DNA of 64,000 nucleotides from Neodothiora populina (GCF_041146345.1 NW_027191415.1:248001-312000), one strand, 5' to 3'; shown: positions 25,868 to 38,850, numbered from the stretch's first letter. Notes: a model not told the origin generated them from the sequence alone. Made by a program: numbers and translations.

Positions 25868-26670
25868 CTACCTCTTGCGGGCCTGGTTCTCCTTGAGCAC
25901 CTTCTTGACGATCTTCTGCTCCTCGATGAGGAAAGCGCGGACGACGCGGTCCTTGACGCAGTTGGCGCAACGAGAGCCACCGTAGGCGCGCTGGACGGTC
26001 TTCTTGGGGCGGGAGATGGTGGCGTACTCGCGGGGACGGAGAGCAGGGATCTGTAATTCAGAAAGAAAGATTAGAGGCTGCTCTTGTGTTGCACAGGAAA
26101 AGACAATCAACGATGTCTAGAAAAGGGCTCTTTTCGGGCTGCGTGCAATCTCAACAGCTTCTTTCTCCGTCTTTTTTTTTTTCTCCGACCAGCCCTTTCA
26201 CACGCTAGTAGCCCTGTCCTGAGGCCTTCTGTCGCGCAGCCTTCTTCCAGGATCGAGATGGCAGTTGCAAATGTACGAGGTGCAAGACTTACGCCAGAGA
26301 GCTTGATGCCGCAGTCACCGCACTTGGGGTTGGTGCCTCTCTTCTTGAGGTGAAGGTAACGGAGCTCGCCACCGGGGGTCTTGACAACACGGGTGATGTT
26401 GCTGCGGGTGTTGTAACTGTGGAAAGTAACAAGTCAGCGGTTTGTCCTGTCTTGATTTCTTCTGTTTCGGTCTCCAGGTGGATCTGATGGTGGGTGCAAA
26501 GAGCGGTGGGTTGTGAAGAGCGCAAGGAGCAGGAGGGTGCTCTTCGCTGCCTTGTCTCTTCGAAGTGCGAGTTGATGGTGAAATTGGGTATTGGCATTTT
26601 CGAAAACACCTGGAGAATAGGATCAAACGTACGGCTGGCGCCTGCGGTAGGTGAGTCTGTTGGAAGGCAT
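25868..26670 (-). CDS. RPL34: 60S ribosomal protein L34 (eL34), 114 aa; exons 26670-26633, 26416-26293, 26050-25868
   Basis: Spliced [78 protein letters not shown]. Two GT-AG introns of 216 and 242 nt. Confidence 0.97.
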
Positions 26671-26849
26671 ATCGGCGGCGGTGTTGGTCGTGGAGTCGCT
26701 GGTACAAGGTCACAGTCGCAATTCTGCAATTCTTCACGTCTTCGTCTGGTCAAAATTGAAGCAGGAAGCCCCAGTGTGCGTCGTCTGCCAAGCTGCGCTA
26801 AGGAGACGCTTGGCGTTCAGTCGGACTGTCCTTCTGGATGATCTTCGGT

Positions 26850-26890
26850 AGAAAGCAGAAAGCAGAAAGCAGAAAGCAGAAAGCAGAAAG
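26850..26890. repeat. Heptamer tandem repeat (AGAAAGC)x~6
   Basis: Five full copies plus a 6-nt partial copy in the RPL34-PRP8 intergenic region. Confidence 0.95.
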
Positions 26891-27162
26891 TAGAAGATGT
26901 AAAGATGCGGTGGTCTGTGCTGCCAGTATCAAGATGTGAAGCTCGACTCTGTACAAGGAAGCAGCGAAAGAGACACGCGCGACAGGTGAGAAGAAGGGGA
27001 TTTATTGTCGTCGCAACCGCCTTTGTTTCTGTCGAATCCATCCATTCGACTTTGTTTCGCTTCTTGTCTGCCTTTTTTGGTCCAGAAGCGGACTTGAACA
27101 ATAGTCAGTCGCGGTCAGGGAACGCAGACAGCGCCCTAGACCGTGATCTTGAGAGCGCCACA

Positions 27163-27196
27163 CACCATACACCATACACCATACACCATACACCAT
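27163..27196. repeat. Heptamer tandem repeat (CACCATA)x~5
   Basis: Four full copies plus a 6-nt partial copy about 80 bp upstream of the PRP8 ATG. Confidence 0.95.
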
Positions 27197-27272
27197 CTCC
27201 ATCTTTCCTCCCATCGTCGCCACTCATCGATCACATTACATTGACTACACGCCCACATAGCCAGTCGCCACC

Positions 27273-30200
27273 ATGTCTGGCCTGCCCCCTCCCCCTCCTC
27301 CGGGATGGGATGCGCCCCCTCCGCCGCCGCCGCCAGGCGCTGCACCACCGGGCTCATCTCTGGCCCCGCCACCCCCAGGCTACAGACCACAGGCCGACCC
27401 TCACAAGGCAAAGTTTGCCGAGAAGAAGAAGCAATGGCTACGGACACAGCGACAGCGATTTGGCGAGAAGAGACGTGGTGGGTTTGTCGAGACGCAAAAG
27501 GCCGACATGCCGCCCGAGCATCTACGGAAGATCGTCAAGGACATTGGAGATGTGTCGCAGAAGAAATTCAGCAGCGACAAGAGGAGTTATCTGGGCGCGC
27601 TCAAGTTCATGCCTCATGCTGTCCTGAAGCTGCTTGAGAACATGCCCATGCCGTGGGAGAGTGCGCGTGAGGTCAAGGTGCTGTACCACGTCAACGGTTG
27701 TCTGACTCTGGTCAACGAGATCCCTCGAGTCATCGAGCCCGTCTTCCACGCTCAATGGGCGACAATGTGGGTGTGCATGCGACGAGAGAAGAGCGACAGA
27801 AGACACTTCAAGCGCATGCGTTTCCCTCCCTTCGACGACGAGGAGCCGCCCCTCTCCTGGTCGGAGAACATCGAGGATGTCGAGCCCTTGGAGCCTATTC
27901 AGATGGAACTCGACGAGGACGAAGACGCTGCTGTATATGAGTGGTTCTACGAGCACAGGCCGCTGCTCGACACGCCGCACGTGAACGGCCCGAGTTACAA
28001 GGAGTGGAATCTGTCCCTGCCGCAGATGGCTGCGTTATACCGCTTGAGCAACCAGTTGCTGAGCGACCTGGTGGACAAGAATTATTTCCATCTTTTCGAT
28101 CTACCCAGCTTCTTCACCGCAAAAGCCTTGAACGTCGCCATCCCCGGAGGCCCGCGTTTTGAGCCTTTGTACAAGGATGTCGATCCCAACGACGAAGACT
28201 TTGGTGAATTCAACGCCATCGACCGCATCATTTTCCGATCTCCCATCAGGACAGAGTACCGTGTCGCCTTCCCTTTCCTTTACAATTCATTACCGAGAAG
28301 TGTCAAGATCTCTTGGTACTCATTTCCTCAGACCGTCTACACCAGAACAGAAGACCCGAGTCTCCCCGCCTTCTATTTCGACCCCATCATCAATCCCATC
28401 TCATCGCGCCAAGTCGCGCCGAAGAACCTGACTATCAGCCACGAGGACGAGATATTTGGAGTGGGCAACAACGAGGACGACGCGTTCACCCTTCCCGATG
28501 AGGTCGAGCCCTTCCTGGCTGATGAGGAGCTCTACAATGACGAGACCGCCTCCGCCATTGCCCTCTGGTGGGCCCCGTTCCCCTTTGACAGGCGCTCCGG
28601 CAAGATGGTGCGCGCCCAAGACGTACCACTGGTCAAGCAGTGGTACCTCGAGCACGTACCTGGAGGTCAACCCGTCAAGGTCAGGGTCTCTTACCAAAAG
28701 TTGCTCAAGACCTATGTGCTCAACGAGTTGCACAACCAGGGTGCCAAAGCTCAGAACAAGCAGAACCTGATGCGCACCCTCAAGCAGACCAAGTTTTTCC
28801 AACAGACCACCATCGACTGGGTCGAGGCCGGTCTGCAGGTCTGTCGACAGGGTTTCAATATGCTGAATCTTTTGATCCACCGCAAGAACCTGACCTATCT
28901 CCATCTGGATTACAACTTCAACTTGAAGCCCATCAAGACCCTGACGACCAAGGAGCGCAAGAAGTCACGATTCGGAAACGCTTTCCATCTTATGCGTGAA
29001 ATTCTCCGTTTGACCAAGCTCATCGTCGACGCTCAGGTCCAATATCGCCTTGGCAACATCGATGCCTTCCAACTTGCTGATGGTATCCTCTATGCTTTCA
29101 ACCACGTTGGACAGCTCACTGGAATGTACCGATACAAATACAAATTGATGCACCAGATCCGTACCTGCAAGGATCTGAAGCATTTGATCTATTACCGATT
29201 CAATTCGGGCCCTGTCGGTAAGGGTCCGGGCTGCGGTTTCTGGGCGCCCGCTTGGAGAGTCTGGCTTTTCTTCATGAGAGGTATCATCCCACTGCTGGAA
29301 CGCTGGCTTGGTAACCTCCTGTCGCGACAGTTCGAAGGTCGTCACAGCAAGGGCGTTGCAAAGACCGTCACCAAACAAAGAGTAGAATCGCATTTCGATC
29401 TCGAGCTGCGTGCCTCCGTCATGGCCGACCTGATGGACATGATGCCCGAGGGTGTCAAGCAGAACAAGGTCAATCTTGTACTGTCCCATTTGTCCGAGGC
29501 CTGGAGATGTTGGAAGAGTAACATCCCATGGAAGGTCCCTGGTCTTCCTGCCCCCATCGAGAACATCATCTTGCGATACGTCAAGAGCAAAGCCGACTGG
29601 TGGGTGTCTGTCGCCCACTACAACCGTGAGCGTATAAGAAGAGGCGCCACTGTCGACAAGACTGTCGCAAAGAAGAACTTGGGACGTCTCACACGTCTGT
29701 GGCTCAAGGCCGAACAGGAGCGTCAGCACAACTACATGAAGGACGGCCCGTATGTCTCCTCTGAGGAGGCTGTCGCCATCTACACAACTACTGTGCATTG
29801 GCTCGAGTCGAGGAAGTTTCAGCCGATCCCATTTCCCAGTGTTTCTTACAAGCACGATACCAAGATCCTGATCCTGGCTCTCGAGCGTCTAAGAGAAGCC
29901 TATTCTGTCAAGGGTCGTCTGAACCAGAGCCAACGTGAGGAACTGGCACTGATCGAGCAGGCCTATGACTCTCCCGGCACAACCTTGGCACGTATCAAGC
30001 GCTTCCTACTCACTCAACGTGCCTTCAAGGAGGTCGGCATCGACATGAACGACAACTATAGCACGATCAACCCCGTGTATGACATCGAGCCCATCGAGAA
30101 GATCACCGATGCCTACCTCGATCAATATCTTTGGTACCAGGCGGATCAAAGACACTTGTTCCCATCGTGGATCAAACCATCCGATTCCGAAGTGCCTCCT

Positions 30201-33200
30201 CTTCTCACATACAAGTGGGCGCAGGGTATCAACAACCTCGACAAAGTCTGGGAGACCGCCGACGGAGAATGCAATGTCATGATTGAAACTCAACTTTCAA
30301 AGGTGTATGAAAAGATCGATCTGACGCTCCTCAACCGCCTCCTTCGACTTATCATGGACCACAACTTGGCGGATTACATTTCGTCTAAGAACAACGTACA
30401 GCTCAATTACAAGGACATGAACCACACGAACAGCTATGGAATGATCCGTGGTCTGCAATTCTCAGCATTTGTCTTCCAATACTACGGCTTGGTTATTGAC
30501 TTGCTACTTCTTGGTCTGCAACGCGCAAGTGAACTTGCCGGCCCTCCAAACAGCCCCAATGACTTCCTGCAATTCAAGGACCGTGCCACCGAGACCAGAC
30601 ATCCCATTCGTCTTTACACTCGTTATATCGATAAGATCTGGGTCTTCTTCAGATTCAGTGCAGATGAGTCGCGCGACCTTATCCAGCGCTTCCTCACCGA
30701 ACAACCTGACCCCAACTTCGAGAACGTGATCGGATACAAGAACAAGAAGTGCTGGCCGAGGGATTCGCGCATGCGACTTATGCGCCACGACGTGAACCTT
30801 GGCCGAGCTGTGTTCTGGGACATGAAGAACCGTCTGCCTAGATCCGTCACCACCATCGAGTGGGACGACACTTTTGCAAGTGTCTACAGCAGAGACAACC
30901 CTAACCTGCTCTTCTCCATGTCTGGTTTCGAAGTCCGCATCTTGCCTAAGATCCGCAACCTGAATGAGGAGTTCCCCACCAAGGACAGTGTCTGGTCACT
31001 TGTGGAGAACTCGACCAAGGAGAGGACTGCACATGCTTTCTTGCAGGTCACCGAAGACGACATTGCCAAGTTCAACAACCGCATTCGCCAGATCCTCATG
31101 TCATCTGGTAGTACTACTTTCACAAAGATTGCCAACAAGTGGAACACGGCTCTCATTGCATTGTTCACCTACTATCGTGAAGCTGCTGTGAGCACTGTCA
31201 ACCTGCTCGATACCATCGTCAAGTGTGAGACCAAGATTCAGACCAGAGTCAAGATTGGCCTCAACTCCAAGATGCCTAGTCGTTTCCCACCTGCTGTGTT
31301 CTACACGCCGAAAGAGCTTGGTGGTCTTGGTATGATCTCTGGTTCTCACATTCTCATCCCCACCAGTGACAAGAGATGGTCCAAGCAGACTGATACCGGT
31401 GTCACGCATTACCGAGCTGGTATGTCTCACGATGAGGAGACGTTAATCCCCAACATCTTCCGTTATATTATTCCTTGGGAAGCCGAGTTCATTGACTCTC
31501 AACGCGTCTGGACCGAATACTCACAGAAACGCCTCGAGGCCAACCAACAGAACCGTCGCTTGACGCTCGAGGATCTTGAGGACAGTTGGGACCGCGGTCT
31601 GCCCCGTATCAACACCTTGTTCCAAAAGGACCGCAGCACGCTCAGTTTCGACAAGGGCTTCCGTACGAGAACAGAGTTCAAGATCTACCAGCACATGAAG
31701 AGCAACCCGTTCTGGTGGACTAGCCAGCGCCACGACGGCAAACTGTGGAATCTCAATGCCTACAGAACCGATGTCATCCAGGCACTTGGTGGTGTCGAAA
31801 CAATTCTTGAACATACACTCTTCAAGGCCACTGCTTTCCCATCTTGGGAAGGACTCTTCTGGGAGAAGGCCTGTCTTGCGAAAGGAACGCAATTACTGCG
31901 TCACGACGGCACAAAGATCGCGGTCGAAGATGTGAAGGAGGGTGACCTGCTGCTTGGTCCCGATGGCGGACCTCGCCGCGCCTTCAACATCGTCAGCGGC
32001 AAAGATCGCCTTTACCGCATCAAGACGGGCGCTGGCGTGGAGGATCTCGTTGTAACAGCCAACCATATCCTTGTCTTCCACCGAGGCATTGCAGGATCAC
32101 CCGAGACCGTCGAGATTACTGCTGCTGAATACGCAGCTGTGAGCGAGAAGGAACGAGGCGAGTACCGGCTCTTCATGTCGCCCAACGACGGTGCCTTCGA
32201 TGCTCAATCCCATAGTTTTGCTGTCCAGGAGATTGCTCTCGAAGCTGAGCCCACTGGATGGGCTGGTTTCCGCGTCGATGAAGATCAATTGTATCTCCGT
32301 CATGACCGCGTTGTTCTGCACAACTCTGGTTTCGAAGAATCGATGAAGTTCAAAAAGCTCACCAACGCTCAGAGATCTGGTCTCAACCAGATCCCTAACC
32401 GTCGTTTCACCCTCTGGTGGTCACCAACCATTAACAGAGCGAACGTGTACGTTGGTTTCCAAGTCCAACTTGATCTGACTGGTATTTTCCTCCACGGTAA
32501 GATTCCCACGCTCAAGATCTCGCTCATTCAGATCTTCCGTGCCCATTTGTGGCAGAAGATTCACGAGAGTGTTGTGATGGATCTGTGCCAAGTCTTTGAT
32601 CAAGAGCTTGAGGCGCTTGGTATCGAGACAGTGCAAAAGGAGACTATCCATCCGAGAAAATCGTACAAGATGAACTCGTCTTGTGCCGATATTCTCCTCT
32701 TTGCCAGTCACAAGTGGAGTGTGAGCACACCCTCGCTTCTGTACGACACCAAGGACAACATGGGCCAGACTACGACAAACAAGTTCTGGGTCGATGTCCA
32801 GCTTCGATATGGTGACTACGATTCTCACGACATCGAGCGCTACGTTCGTGCCAAATACCTTGACTACACCTCTGACAGCATGAGTATCTACCCGTCCGCT
32901 ACTGGTCTCATGATTGGTATTGATCTGGCCTACAACCTTTACTCTGCATACGGACAGTACTTCCCTGGTCTGAAGCAGCTCGTGCAGCAAGCTATGGCCA
33001 AGATCATGAAGGCAAACCCTGCACTTTACGTTCTCCGTGAGCGCATTAGAAAGGGTCTCCAGCTCTACGCTTCTGAAAGCAACCAAGAGTTCTTGAACTC
33101 GCAGAACTACTCGGAGCTGTTCAGCAACCAGATCCAACTCTTCATTGACGACACTAACGTGTACCGTGTGACGATTCACAAGACCTTTGAGGGTAACTTG

Positions 33201-34820
33201 ACAACCAAGCCCATCAACGGTGCCATTTTCATCTTCAACCCCAGAACAGGCCAGCTTTTCCTGAAGATCATCCACACAAGTGTATGGGCCGGTCAGAAGC
33301 GTCTCGGTCAATTGGCGAAGTGGAAGACTGCCGAGGAAGTTGCTGCTCTCATCCGTTCGCTGCCTGTAGAGGAACAGCCCAAGCAACTGATTGTCACCAG
33401 AAAGGGTCTTCTGGACCCTCTCGAAGTGCATCTGCTTGACTTCCCCAACATTTCCATTCGTGCTTCCGAGTTGCAACTTCCCTTCCAAGCTGCAATGAAG
33501 GTCGAGAAGCTTGGTGACATGATTCTTCGTGCTACCGAGCCGCAGATGGTTTTGTTTAACCTGTACGACGAATGGCTAAAGTCTATCTCGTCATACACTG
33601 CTTTCTCGCGTCTGATATTGATATTGCGTGCTCTACACGTGAACCAAGACAAGACGAAGCTGTTGCTACGTCCCGACAAGACCGTCATCACTCAGGAGCA
33701 CCACATCTGGCCAACGCTATCAGATGATGATTGGATCAAGGTTGAAACGCAATTACGTGATCTGATCCTTAATGATTATGGAAAGAAGAACAACGTCAAC
33801 GTATCGTCTCTGACGCAGTCGGAAGTACGGGACATCATCTTGGGTATGGAGATCTCTGCACCGTCGATGCAAAGACAACAAGCCGCCGAGATTGAGAAGC
33901 AACAGCAAGAGCAAGCTCAGCTTACTGCTGTCACAACGAAGACCCAAAACGCCCTCGGTGAGGACATTGTTGTCACAACCACTTCTCAATTTGAGCAGCA
34001 GACATTCGCCTCGAAGACAGAATGGCGAACCCGGGCAATCGCAACATCAAACCTGCGGACTCGTTCAAACAACATCTACATCTCGAGCGAGGACATCCGC
34101 GACGACGAGGCCCACTACACGTACATCATGCCCAAGAACATCCTCAAGCGCTTCATCACCATCGCCGACCTCCGCGTGCAAGTCGCCGGCTACATCTACG
34201 GCTCCTCGCCAGCAGACGCCAAGCAAGTCAAAGAGATCAAATGTATCGTCATGGTCCCCCAAGTTGGCAACACGCGAGACATCCAACTACCGCGCAACCT
34301 GCCCGAGAACGACATCCTCAACGGCCTCGAGCCCCTAGGCATAATCCACACCTCAGCAGGCAACGAAACAAACTACATGACACCACAAGACGTGACCCAG
34401 CACGCGCGCCTCATGGACGCACACAAGTCATGGGACAATAAAACGGTGACCATGACAGTATCCTTCACGCCAGGCTCCGTCTCTCTCTCCGCCTGGTCCC
34501 TGACCCCCGACGGCTACAAATGGGGCGTCGAGAACAAAGACCTGTCATCGGACAACCCGGCCGGCTTCTCGTCGCTTCTCGGTGATAAATGCCAACTCCT
34601 GCTCTCCGACAAGATCCGCGGCTTCTTCCTAGTGCCAGACGACGAGCGCTGGAACTGGAGTTTCATGGGCTCGGGCTTTGGAGATAGAGAAAAGGGTCGC
34701 GTGTACGTCGACGTCGGCGTTCCCAAGCGGTTCTACGATGATGTGCATCGCCCCGTGCATTTCCAGAACTTTGCAGAGCTCGAGGATGTCTGGGTTGACC
34801 GGTCTGATAACTTGGAGTAG
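27273..34820 (+). CDS. PRP8: Pre-mRNA splicing factor Prp8 (U5 snRNP), intronless, 2515-aa precursor including an intein
   Basis: Pro-rich N-terminus, [94 protein letters not shown] RNase H-like region, C-terminal JAB/MPN region. Confidence 0.99.
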   Translation: MSGLPPPPPPGWDAPPPPPPPGAAPPGSSLAPPPPGYRPQADPHKAKFAEKKKQWLRTQRQRFGEKRRGGFVETQKADMPPEHLRKIVKDIGDVSQKKFSSDKRSYLGALKFMPHAVLKLLENMPMPWESAREVKVLYHVNGCLTLVNEIPRVIEPVFHAQWATMWVCMRREKSDRRHFKRMRFPPFDDEEPPLSWSENIEDVEPLEPIQMELDEDEDAAVYEWFYEHRPLLDTPHVNGPSYKEWNLSLPQMAALYRLSNQLLSDLVDKNYFHLFDLPSFFTAKALNVAIPGGPRFEPLYKDVDPNDEDFGEFNAIDRIIFRSPIRTEYRVAFPFLYNSLPRSVKISWYSFPQTVYTRTEDPSLPAFYFDPIINPISSRQVAPKNLTISHEDEIFGVGNNEDDAFTLPDEVEPFLADEELYNDETASAIALWWAPFPFDRRSGKMVRAQDVPLVKQWYLEHVPGGQPVKVRVSYQKLLKTYVLNELHNQGAKAQNKQNLMRTLKQTKFFQQTTIDWVEAGLQVCRQGFNMLNLLIHRKNLTYLHLDYNFNLKPIKTLTTKERKKSRFGNAFHLMREILRLTKLIVDAQVQYRLGNIDAFQLADGILYAFNHVGQLTGMYRYKYKLMHQIRTCKDLKHLIYYRFNSGPVGKGPGCGFWAPAWRVWLFFMRGIIPLLERWLGNLLSRQFEGRHSKGVAKTVTKQRVESHFDLELRASVMADLMDMMPEGVKQNKVNLVLSHLSEAWRCWKSNIPWKVPGLPAPIENIILRYVKSKADWWVSVAHYNRERIRRGATVDKTVAKKNLGRLTRLWLKAEQERQHNYMKDGPYVSSEEAVAIYTTTVHWLESRKFQPIPFPSVSYKHDTKILILALERLREAYSVKGRLNQSQREELALIEQAYDSPGTTLARIKRFLLTQRAFKEVGIDMNDNYSTINPVYDIEPIEKITDAYLDQYLWYQADQRHLFPSWIKPSDSEVPPLLTYKWAQGINNLDKVWETADGECNVMIETQLSKVYEKIDLTLLNRLLRLIMDHNLADYISSKNNVQLNYKDMNHTNSYGMIRGLQFSAFVFQYYGLVIDLLLLGLQRASELAGPPNSPNDFLQFKDRATETRHPIRLYTRYIDKIWVFFRFSADESRDLIQRFLTEQPDPNFENVIGYKNKKCWPRDSRMRLMRHDVNLGRAVFWDMKNRLPRSVTTIEWDDTFASVYSRDNPNLLFSMSGFEVRILPKIRNLNEEFPTKDSVWSLVENSTKERTAHAFLQVTEDDIAKFNNRIRQILMSSGSTTFTKIANKWNTALIALFTYYREAAVSTVNLLDTIVKCETKIQTRVKIGLNSKMPSRFPPAVFYTPKELGGLGMISGSHILIPTSDKRWSKQTDTGVTHYRAGMSHDEETLIPNIFRYIIPWEAEFIDSQRVWTEYSQKRLEANQQNRRLTLEDLEDSWDRGLPRINTLFQKDRSTLSFDKGFRTRTEFKIYQHMKSNPFWWTSQRHDGKLWNLNAYRTDVIQALGGVETILEHTLFKATAFPSWEGLFWEKACLAKGTQLLRHDGTKIAVEDVKEGDLLLGPDGGPRRAFNIVSGKDRLYRIKTGAGVEDLVVTANHILVFHRGIAGSPETVEITAAEYAAVSEKERGEYRLFMSPNDGAFDAQSHSFAVQEIALEAEPTGWAGFRVDEDQLYLRHDRVVLHNSGFEESMKFKKLTNAQRSGLNQIPNRRFTLWWSPTINRANVYVGFQVQLDLTGIFLHGKIPTLKISLIQIFRAHLWQKIHESVVMDLCQVFDQELEALGIETVQKETIHPRKSYKMNSSCADILLFASHKWSVSTPSLLYDTKDNMGQTTTNKFWVDVQLRYGDYDSHDIERYVRAKYLDYTSDSMSIYPSATGLMIGIDLAYNLYSAYGQYFPGLKQLVQQAMAKIMKANPALYVLRERIRKGLQLYASESNQEFLNSQNYSELFSNQIQLFIDDTNVYRVTIHKTFEGNLTTKPINGAIFIFNPRTGQLFLKIIHTSVWAGQKRLGQLAKWKTAEEVAALIRSLPVEEQPKQLIVTRKGLLDPLEVHLLDFPNISIRASELQLPFQAAMKVEKLGDMILRATEPQMVLFNLYDEWLKSISSYTAFSRLILILRALHVNQDKTKLLLRPDKTVITQEHHIWPTLSDDDWIKVETQLRDLILNDYGKKNNVNVSSLTQSEVRDIILGMEISAPSMQRQQAAEIEKQQQEQAQLTAVTTKTQNALGEDIVVTTTSQFEQQTFASKTEWRTRAIATSNLRTRSNNIYISSEDIRDDEAHYTYIMPKNILKRFITIADLRVQVAGYIYGSSPADAKQVKEIKCIVMVPQVGNTRDIQLPRNLPENDILNGLEPLGIIHTSAGNETNYMTPQDVTQHARLMDAHKSWDNKTVTMTVSFTPGSVSLSAWSLTPDGYKWGVENKDLSSDNPAGFSSLLGDKCQLLLSDKIRGFFLVPDDERWNWSFMGSGFGDREKGRVYVDVGVPKRFYDDVHRPVHFQNFAELEDVWVDRSDNLE
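31872..32324 (+). mobile_element. PRP8 mini-intein (151 aa, no homing endonuclease)
   Basis: In-frame insertion between LFWEKA and SGFEE. It starts with Cys (CLAKGT, block A), has block B VVTANHIL (TxxH), block F WAGFRVD, ends VLHN, and is followed by Ser+1. Confidence 0.97.
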
Positions 34821-35327
34821 AAGATCGAACTTGAGGTGAATGGAAGGGGGAATAAAAGGGAAACAGACAGGGAAATGAAAAAGGAATATCGTGAGATGGG
34901 AAAAACTGGGAGGTTCAAGGCCTCTTCACCCCGAGTTTACGAGAGAAAATCAAACACGAGAATTGGGGTTCGAGAATAGGTCGCAGGCGTATTACTGTAA
35001 TGTGTTCTTCTTCTTTCGAAATCAGACAGTGGGAGGATTGAAAATTTGTACATGTAGTTCTTTTTACGTTTCGTATCAGAAGAAGAACCCCACACGGACG
35101 TACATCTGTGTGATGAAATTGAAGATGGGCTTTTCTGTATGATTTTCTTCCGCGTTGAATATGGCTCAAGTGCTAGATTGAGTGAGCGATCTGACAAAAG
35201 TAAGTTGTCATCCTTGTATGTCGAATCGTTGAACATACATGTAAATCCAGCTCTAGTCGTCCCACATCGACCACCACTCCCCCTCTAGCCCCTACTATCT
35301 GACCATTTCCCATCACCCAATGTCAGA

Positions 35328-38300
35328 TCATACAGCCAACCCCAAAACCTCGCGCCTCCGCCAGCGATAGAACCGATCGAGAAAATGCCTGCGCTGCGCC
35401 TGCGTCCACGAGCCCTCGACGAGCAGCGCAAACTCCTGGACGCCGTCTTGGCCATGATACCCGGCCCAGGCGGCCATGGAGCAGAACTGGCGTTTGCGGA
35501 CTTGTTCGGGGGGTTGCCATTGCCATTTCACTGCACTGCTGTCATTTCCTCCCGGTGAGGGTTGGTCTTGTGCCGCGGGGACTGGGAGGGGGCCTAAGGG
35601 GTCGCGACGAGGAAGATGGGGCTCAAGAAGCTGGGAGGAGGACTTCTCGAAGACGCTCTTGTTGCTCAGATCGATGTCGTTGCCTGTGCGTTCGGCGCGC
35701 TTGGACAGCTTGGTCTCCATCTTCGAGGAGCCGATGACTTCGCTGTTTTCGTGCGTGTATTCTACTCCTGCGCCGGCTAGGATGGCTTGCACGGCGTCAA
35801 TGTTGCGGTCTGGTGTTGTCGTCGTTTTTTTCTTTTTCTTTTGGAGGGTCTCTTTGGTTTTGCTTGGCGTGCTCAGGTCTCCTTCGGCGATTACGGCGGC
35901 TAGTTGCGACATTACTGCGTCTTCTCCTGCGTGGACGCTGTTTTCGTCGCGGAGAGACGAGGCGAGGCCGTTTGGGTAGTCGTCATCGTCGTCGTCGTCG
36001 TTGGCATAGTCCTGCGTGCTATCTAGTCCCACGACAGAGACGCCGGCTTTGGATTCTGCTATGTTGGTTTTGTTGACAATGTCTCTCAGTACGACATTGT
36101 CGCCTTGGTAGGAAAAGAGATTTACAAGGCCGAAGATCTCGCCCTTTTTCTCCTTTTGGTCCTGGACGCCTTTGAAGTAGCGTCTCTCCAGTGATGCCGT
36201 GTATGCGATGTTCGCCTGTTGTTGCTTGTAGATCTGCCTCGCGTATACAATCTCTTCTACTGTGCCTGCAGACACGAGGCGAAAGACCTCGACATCGCGG
36301 GTTTGTCCTATACGGTAGGCGCGGTCTTGTGCTTGTAGATCCCACGAAGGGTTCCAGTTGGGGTCGAATATGACAACCTTGTTTGCTGAGGTAATGTTGA
36401 GACCTACACCTCCTGCCTTGGTGGAGATGAGGAAAACAAATTGAGTAGATTCGGTATTGAATTCTTCGACAACTTTTGACCGATCTTCATACTTCATGCT
36501 GCCGTCTAGATACGAGACATTATACGATGTCGCCGACTTGAAAAGTATTGCAAGCATCTTGAGCAGGCGCACGCTATGGCTGAATACAAGTACTTTATCG
36601 CCGTTCTGATGCCAGAAACGCAACAATTTCTTCAAGACACGCCACTTGCCGCAGAAGCTTTGGTTGGCATAGTTGACGATGCTGTCTCTTGTACGGTACA
36701 AATCTTGCCACTTATCGGGCAAGGCTATCTGCAGAATCTCCGCTGCCTGTTCTTGCTTGTCTTTCGGGTCTGAGCTGCTGGGTATGAGCATCGCGAGATG
36801 GTTGGATAGACGTTGGAGGACCATGATTGTCGGGAAAACGTTAGCCTGCCATGGCCCATGACCAGGTATGGACTTGTAACAACACCATCCACGCTTCTTC
36901 CCAGAATCGCAGTCACACAAGTCTGCAGATCTGCGAATATAGTCAACAAGCTCGCTATCAACCAGATTCTCGTAAGCCTCAGCCTGCTCGTCTGTAAGAG
37001 GGCAGAAGACTACCCGGTCTGACTTCCTAGGAAGCTGGTCCGCAATGAGCGTCTTTAATCTACGCAGAAAGAAGTTTGGCAGAAGATTTTTGACTAGTTT
37101 CTCCGCCGTCTTACGCGCCTTTGCCAGCTGGGCGACGGTGGCATCGTGGGACTGGCCGAGCTTGAGTGGATCACTGATACTCGCTTTCCATGCCGATAGA
37201 GGTCCAAATTTACCAGGATTGGTCCAATTCAGTAACGTCCATAGTTCATCGTATTTGTTTTGCACCACAGTACCACTAAGTCCAATCCTGCACAAAGCAT
37301 TGACTTCGTTCATCGCCTTTGTTACCTCAGAATTGCGCTCTTTGACTTGATGACATTCATCGGCAATCACACAATCCCATTCTACGAGATTGATGTCTCC
37401 TTTGTTCATACGGTAGGTCGTGTAAGTGGTGATCATGATCTCCAGTCTGCCGGACTTGGCAGCATTCAGAGAGGCCTCTCTCACAGCTGCAGGTCCATGA
37501 TACTTGTCAACATGCCACCATCCCCAGCGGCGGAGTTCCTGCTGCCAGTTGTCCATTAAGCCTCCAGGACAGACGATCAGTACTTTTGGATACCATTGCT
37601 GAGCGCGTCGCATCTTGCGCATCCTCTTTTTGTCTCTAGAATCGCCAGTTTTGCCAAACGCGGCTGTCAGAAATGCAATGACTTGTATGGTCTTGCCGAG
37701 ACCCATGTCATCGCCCAAAAGCCCGCCTTTCTGCCAGACAAACATTTCGTGCAAGAACTCGGCACCTTTGACTTGGTAGTCACGAAGCCATTGAGCAATC
37801 GGTGCCGGTATGATTCCGGCAGAGTATGATAACTCGACATCCTGATATTGTTTCGGTGGTTGTATACCAGTGAACACAGGCTTCTCAGGAAGACTCTCAA
37901 GATGCTCATTGTCAGAGAAGTCTACCTCCTCATAGTCCGGTGGCAAACTTAGACCTGCTTCACCTAATTTCTCACGCCGAAGTTCCCATGCACTACGTCT
38001 TTCTTTGAGGAATTGTGGCAATGCCGTTTCGGGTGCTTCATCATCCGAGTCGGTGCCGTAGGTGTCTCCCTTGACGAGCTTCGCAGGTCTACGGTCCTCA
38101 GGTTTGTTCAGCGTCTTTGGCTTTCGGCCTACGATTGACGATTCATTTGCAGCAGCTCTAGCTTTTCGCGTACGAGCAGCTGCTTTCTTACGTTGGTCGG
38201 TCCGACGGTGTTTGAACTTTTGGTAGACATCTTTTCCACCCTCATCGTCTTCTGAGAAGCCAACTCGATCTCCCTCAGGTGTATGGTCGCGTCGACGACG

Positions 38301-38498
38301 TTTCGCCGGAGGCCCTACTTCTTTATCTGAGCTTTGAGTCTCAGGTTGGTCGTCTAGCACTTCTGGTAGATCTACTTCTTTTGCGGAAGTCCTGACTATA
38401 TCGAGATCACTTTCTTCATCACTATCTGTGCCATCCATCGGTGGAACGCTGGTTGTTGGTGGGGATTTGCCATCACCTCTGGGTTCTATATGAGCCAT
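35328..38498 (-). CDS. SNF2-family ATPase, ERCC6L2/RAD26L type
   Basis: LRDYQ, GDDMGLGKT, DECH, LSGTVVQN, LRRLK, STKAGGVGLNITSANKVVIFDPNWNPSWDLQAQDRAYRIGQ, and a C-terminal HENSEVIGSSK (VIGSSK motif). Confidence 0.92.
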   Translation of the reverse strand: MAHIEPRGDGKSPPTTSVPPMDGTDSDEESDLDIVRTSAKEVDLPEVLDDQPETQSSDKEVGPPAKRRRRDHTPEGDRVGFSEDDEGGKDVYQKFKHRRTDQRKKAAARTRKARAAANESSIVGRKPKTLNKPEDRRPAKLVKGDTYGTDSDDEAPETALPQFLKERRSAWELRREKLGEAGLSLPPDYEEVDFSDNEHLESLPEKPVFTGIQPPKQYQDVELSYSAGIIPAPIAQWLRDYQVKGAEFLHEMFVWQKGGLLGDDMGLGKTIQVIAFLTAAFGKTGDSRDKKRMRKMRRAQQWYPKVLIVCPGGLMDNWQQELRRWGWWHVDKYHGPAAVREASLNAAKSGRLEIMITTYTTYRMNKGDINLVEWDCVIADECHQVKERNSEVTKAMNEVNALCRIGLSGTVVQNKYDELWTLLNWTNPGKFGPLSAWKASISDPLKLGQSHDATVAQLAKARKTAEKLVKNLLPNFFLRRLKTLIADQLPRKSDRVVFCPLTDEQAEAYENLVDSELVDYIRRSADLCDCDSGKKRGWCCYKSIPGHGPWQANVFPTIMVLQRLSNHLAMLIPSSSDPKDKQEQAAEILQIALPDKWQDLYRTRDSIVNYANQSFCGKWRVLKKLLRFWHQNGDKVLVFSHSVRLLKMLAILFKSATSYNVSYLDGSMKYEDRSKVVEEFNTESTQFVFLISTKAGGVGLNITSANKVVIFDPNWNPSWDLQAQDRAYRIGQTRDVEVFRLVSAGTVEEIVYARQIYKQQQANIAYTASLERRYFKGVQDQKEKKGEIFGLVNLFSYQGDNVVLRDIVNKTNIAESKAGVSVVGLDSTQDYANDDDDDDDYPNGLASSLRDENSVHAGEDAVMSQLAAVIAEGDLSTPSKTKETLQKKKKKTTTTPDRNIDAVQAILAGAGVEYTHENSEVIGSSKMETKLSKRAERTGNDIDLSNKSVFEKSSSQLLEPHLPRRDPLGPLPVPAAQDQPSPGGNDSSAVKWQWQPPEQVRKRQFCSMAAWAGYHGQDGVQEFALLVEGSWTQAQRRHFLDRFYRWRRREVLGLAV

Positions 38499-38850
38499 GG
38501 TCGCAGTTCATCATAGTATTTATTTAGATAAACCCGTGATTCAACCCGAGCTTTACTCTCCTTGTCTCGAGTCTGTGTCAAGAGAATCAATGATAAATAA
38601 GTATCCAAGTGTTGTTCCATAATCGCATAGTTGAGGTACTACAGGCATCGATTTGACATGGCAGGACGACGCGACTTGTGGTATGCGACGACAGTCGCAA
38701 CCGAAGACTGCGGAGATAAGATAAGATAAGATCGATCATCATCTGCGTCAAGATTTCGTAATTGCAGAAAACAGTGAGTTCCAATTACAACTACACCCTA
38801 CACGTCTACGCGACCACGCAGAACTACATAGCAATAGTCTGTCGAGAAGA

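Noticed and set aside
27522..33691. Long antisense ORFs inside PRP8 (e.g. 296 and 355 aa) and inside other genes
   Set aside because: Expected shadows of biased codon usage, with no independent protein features.
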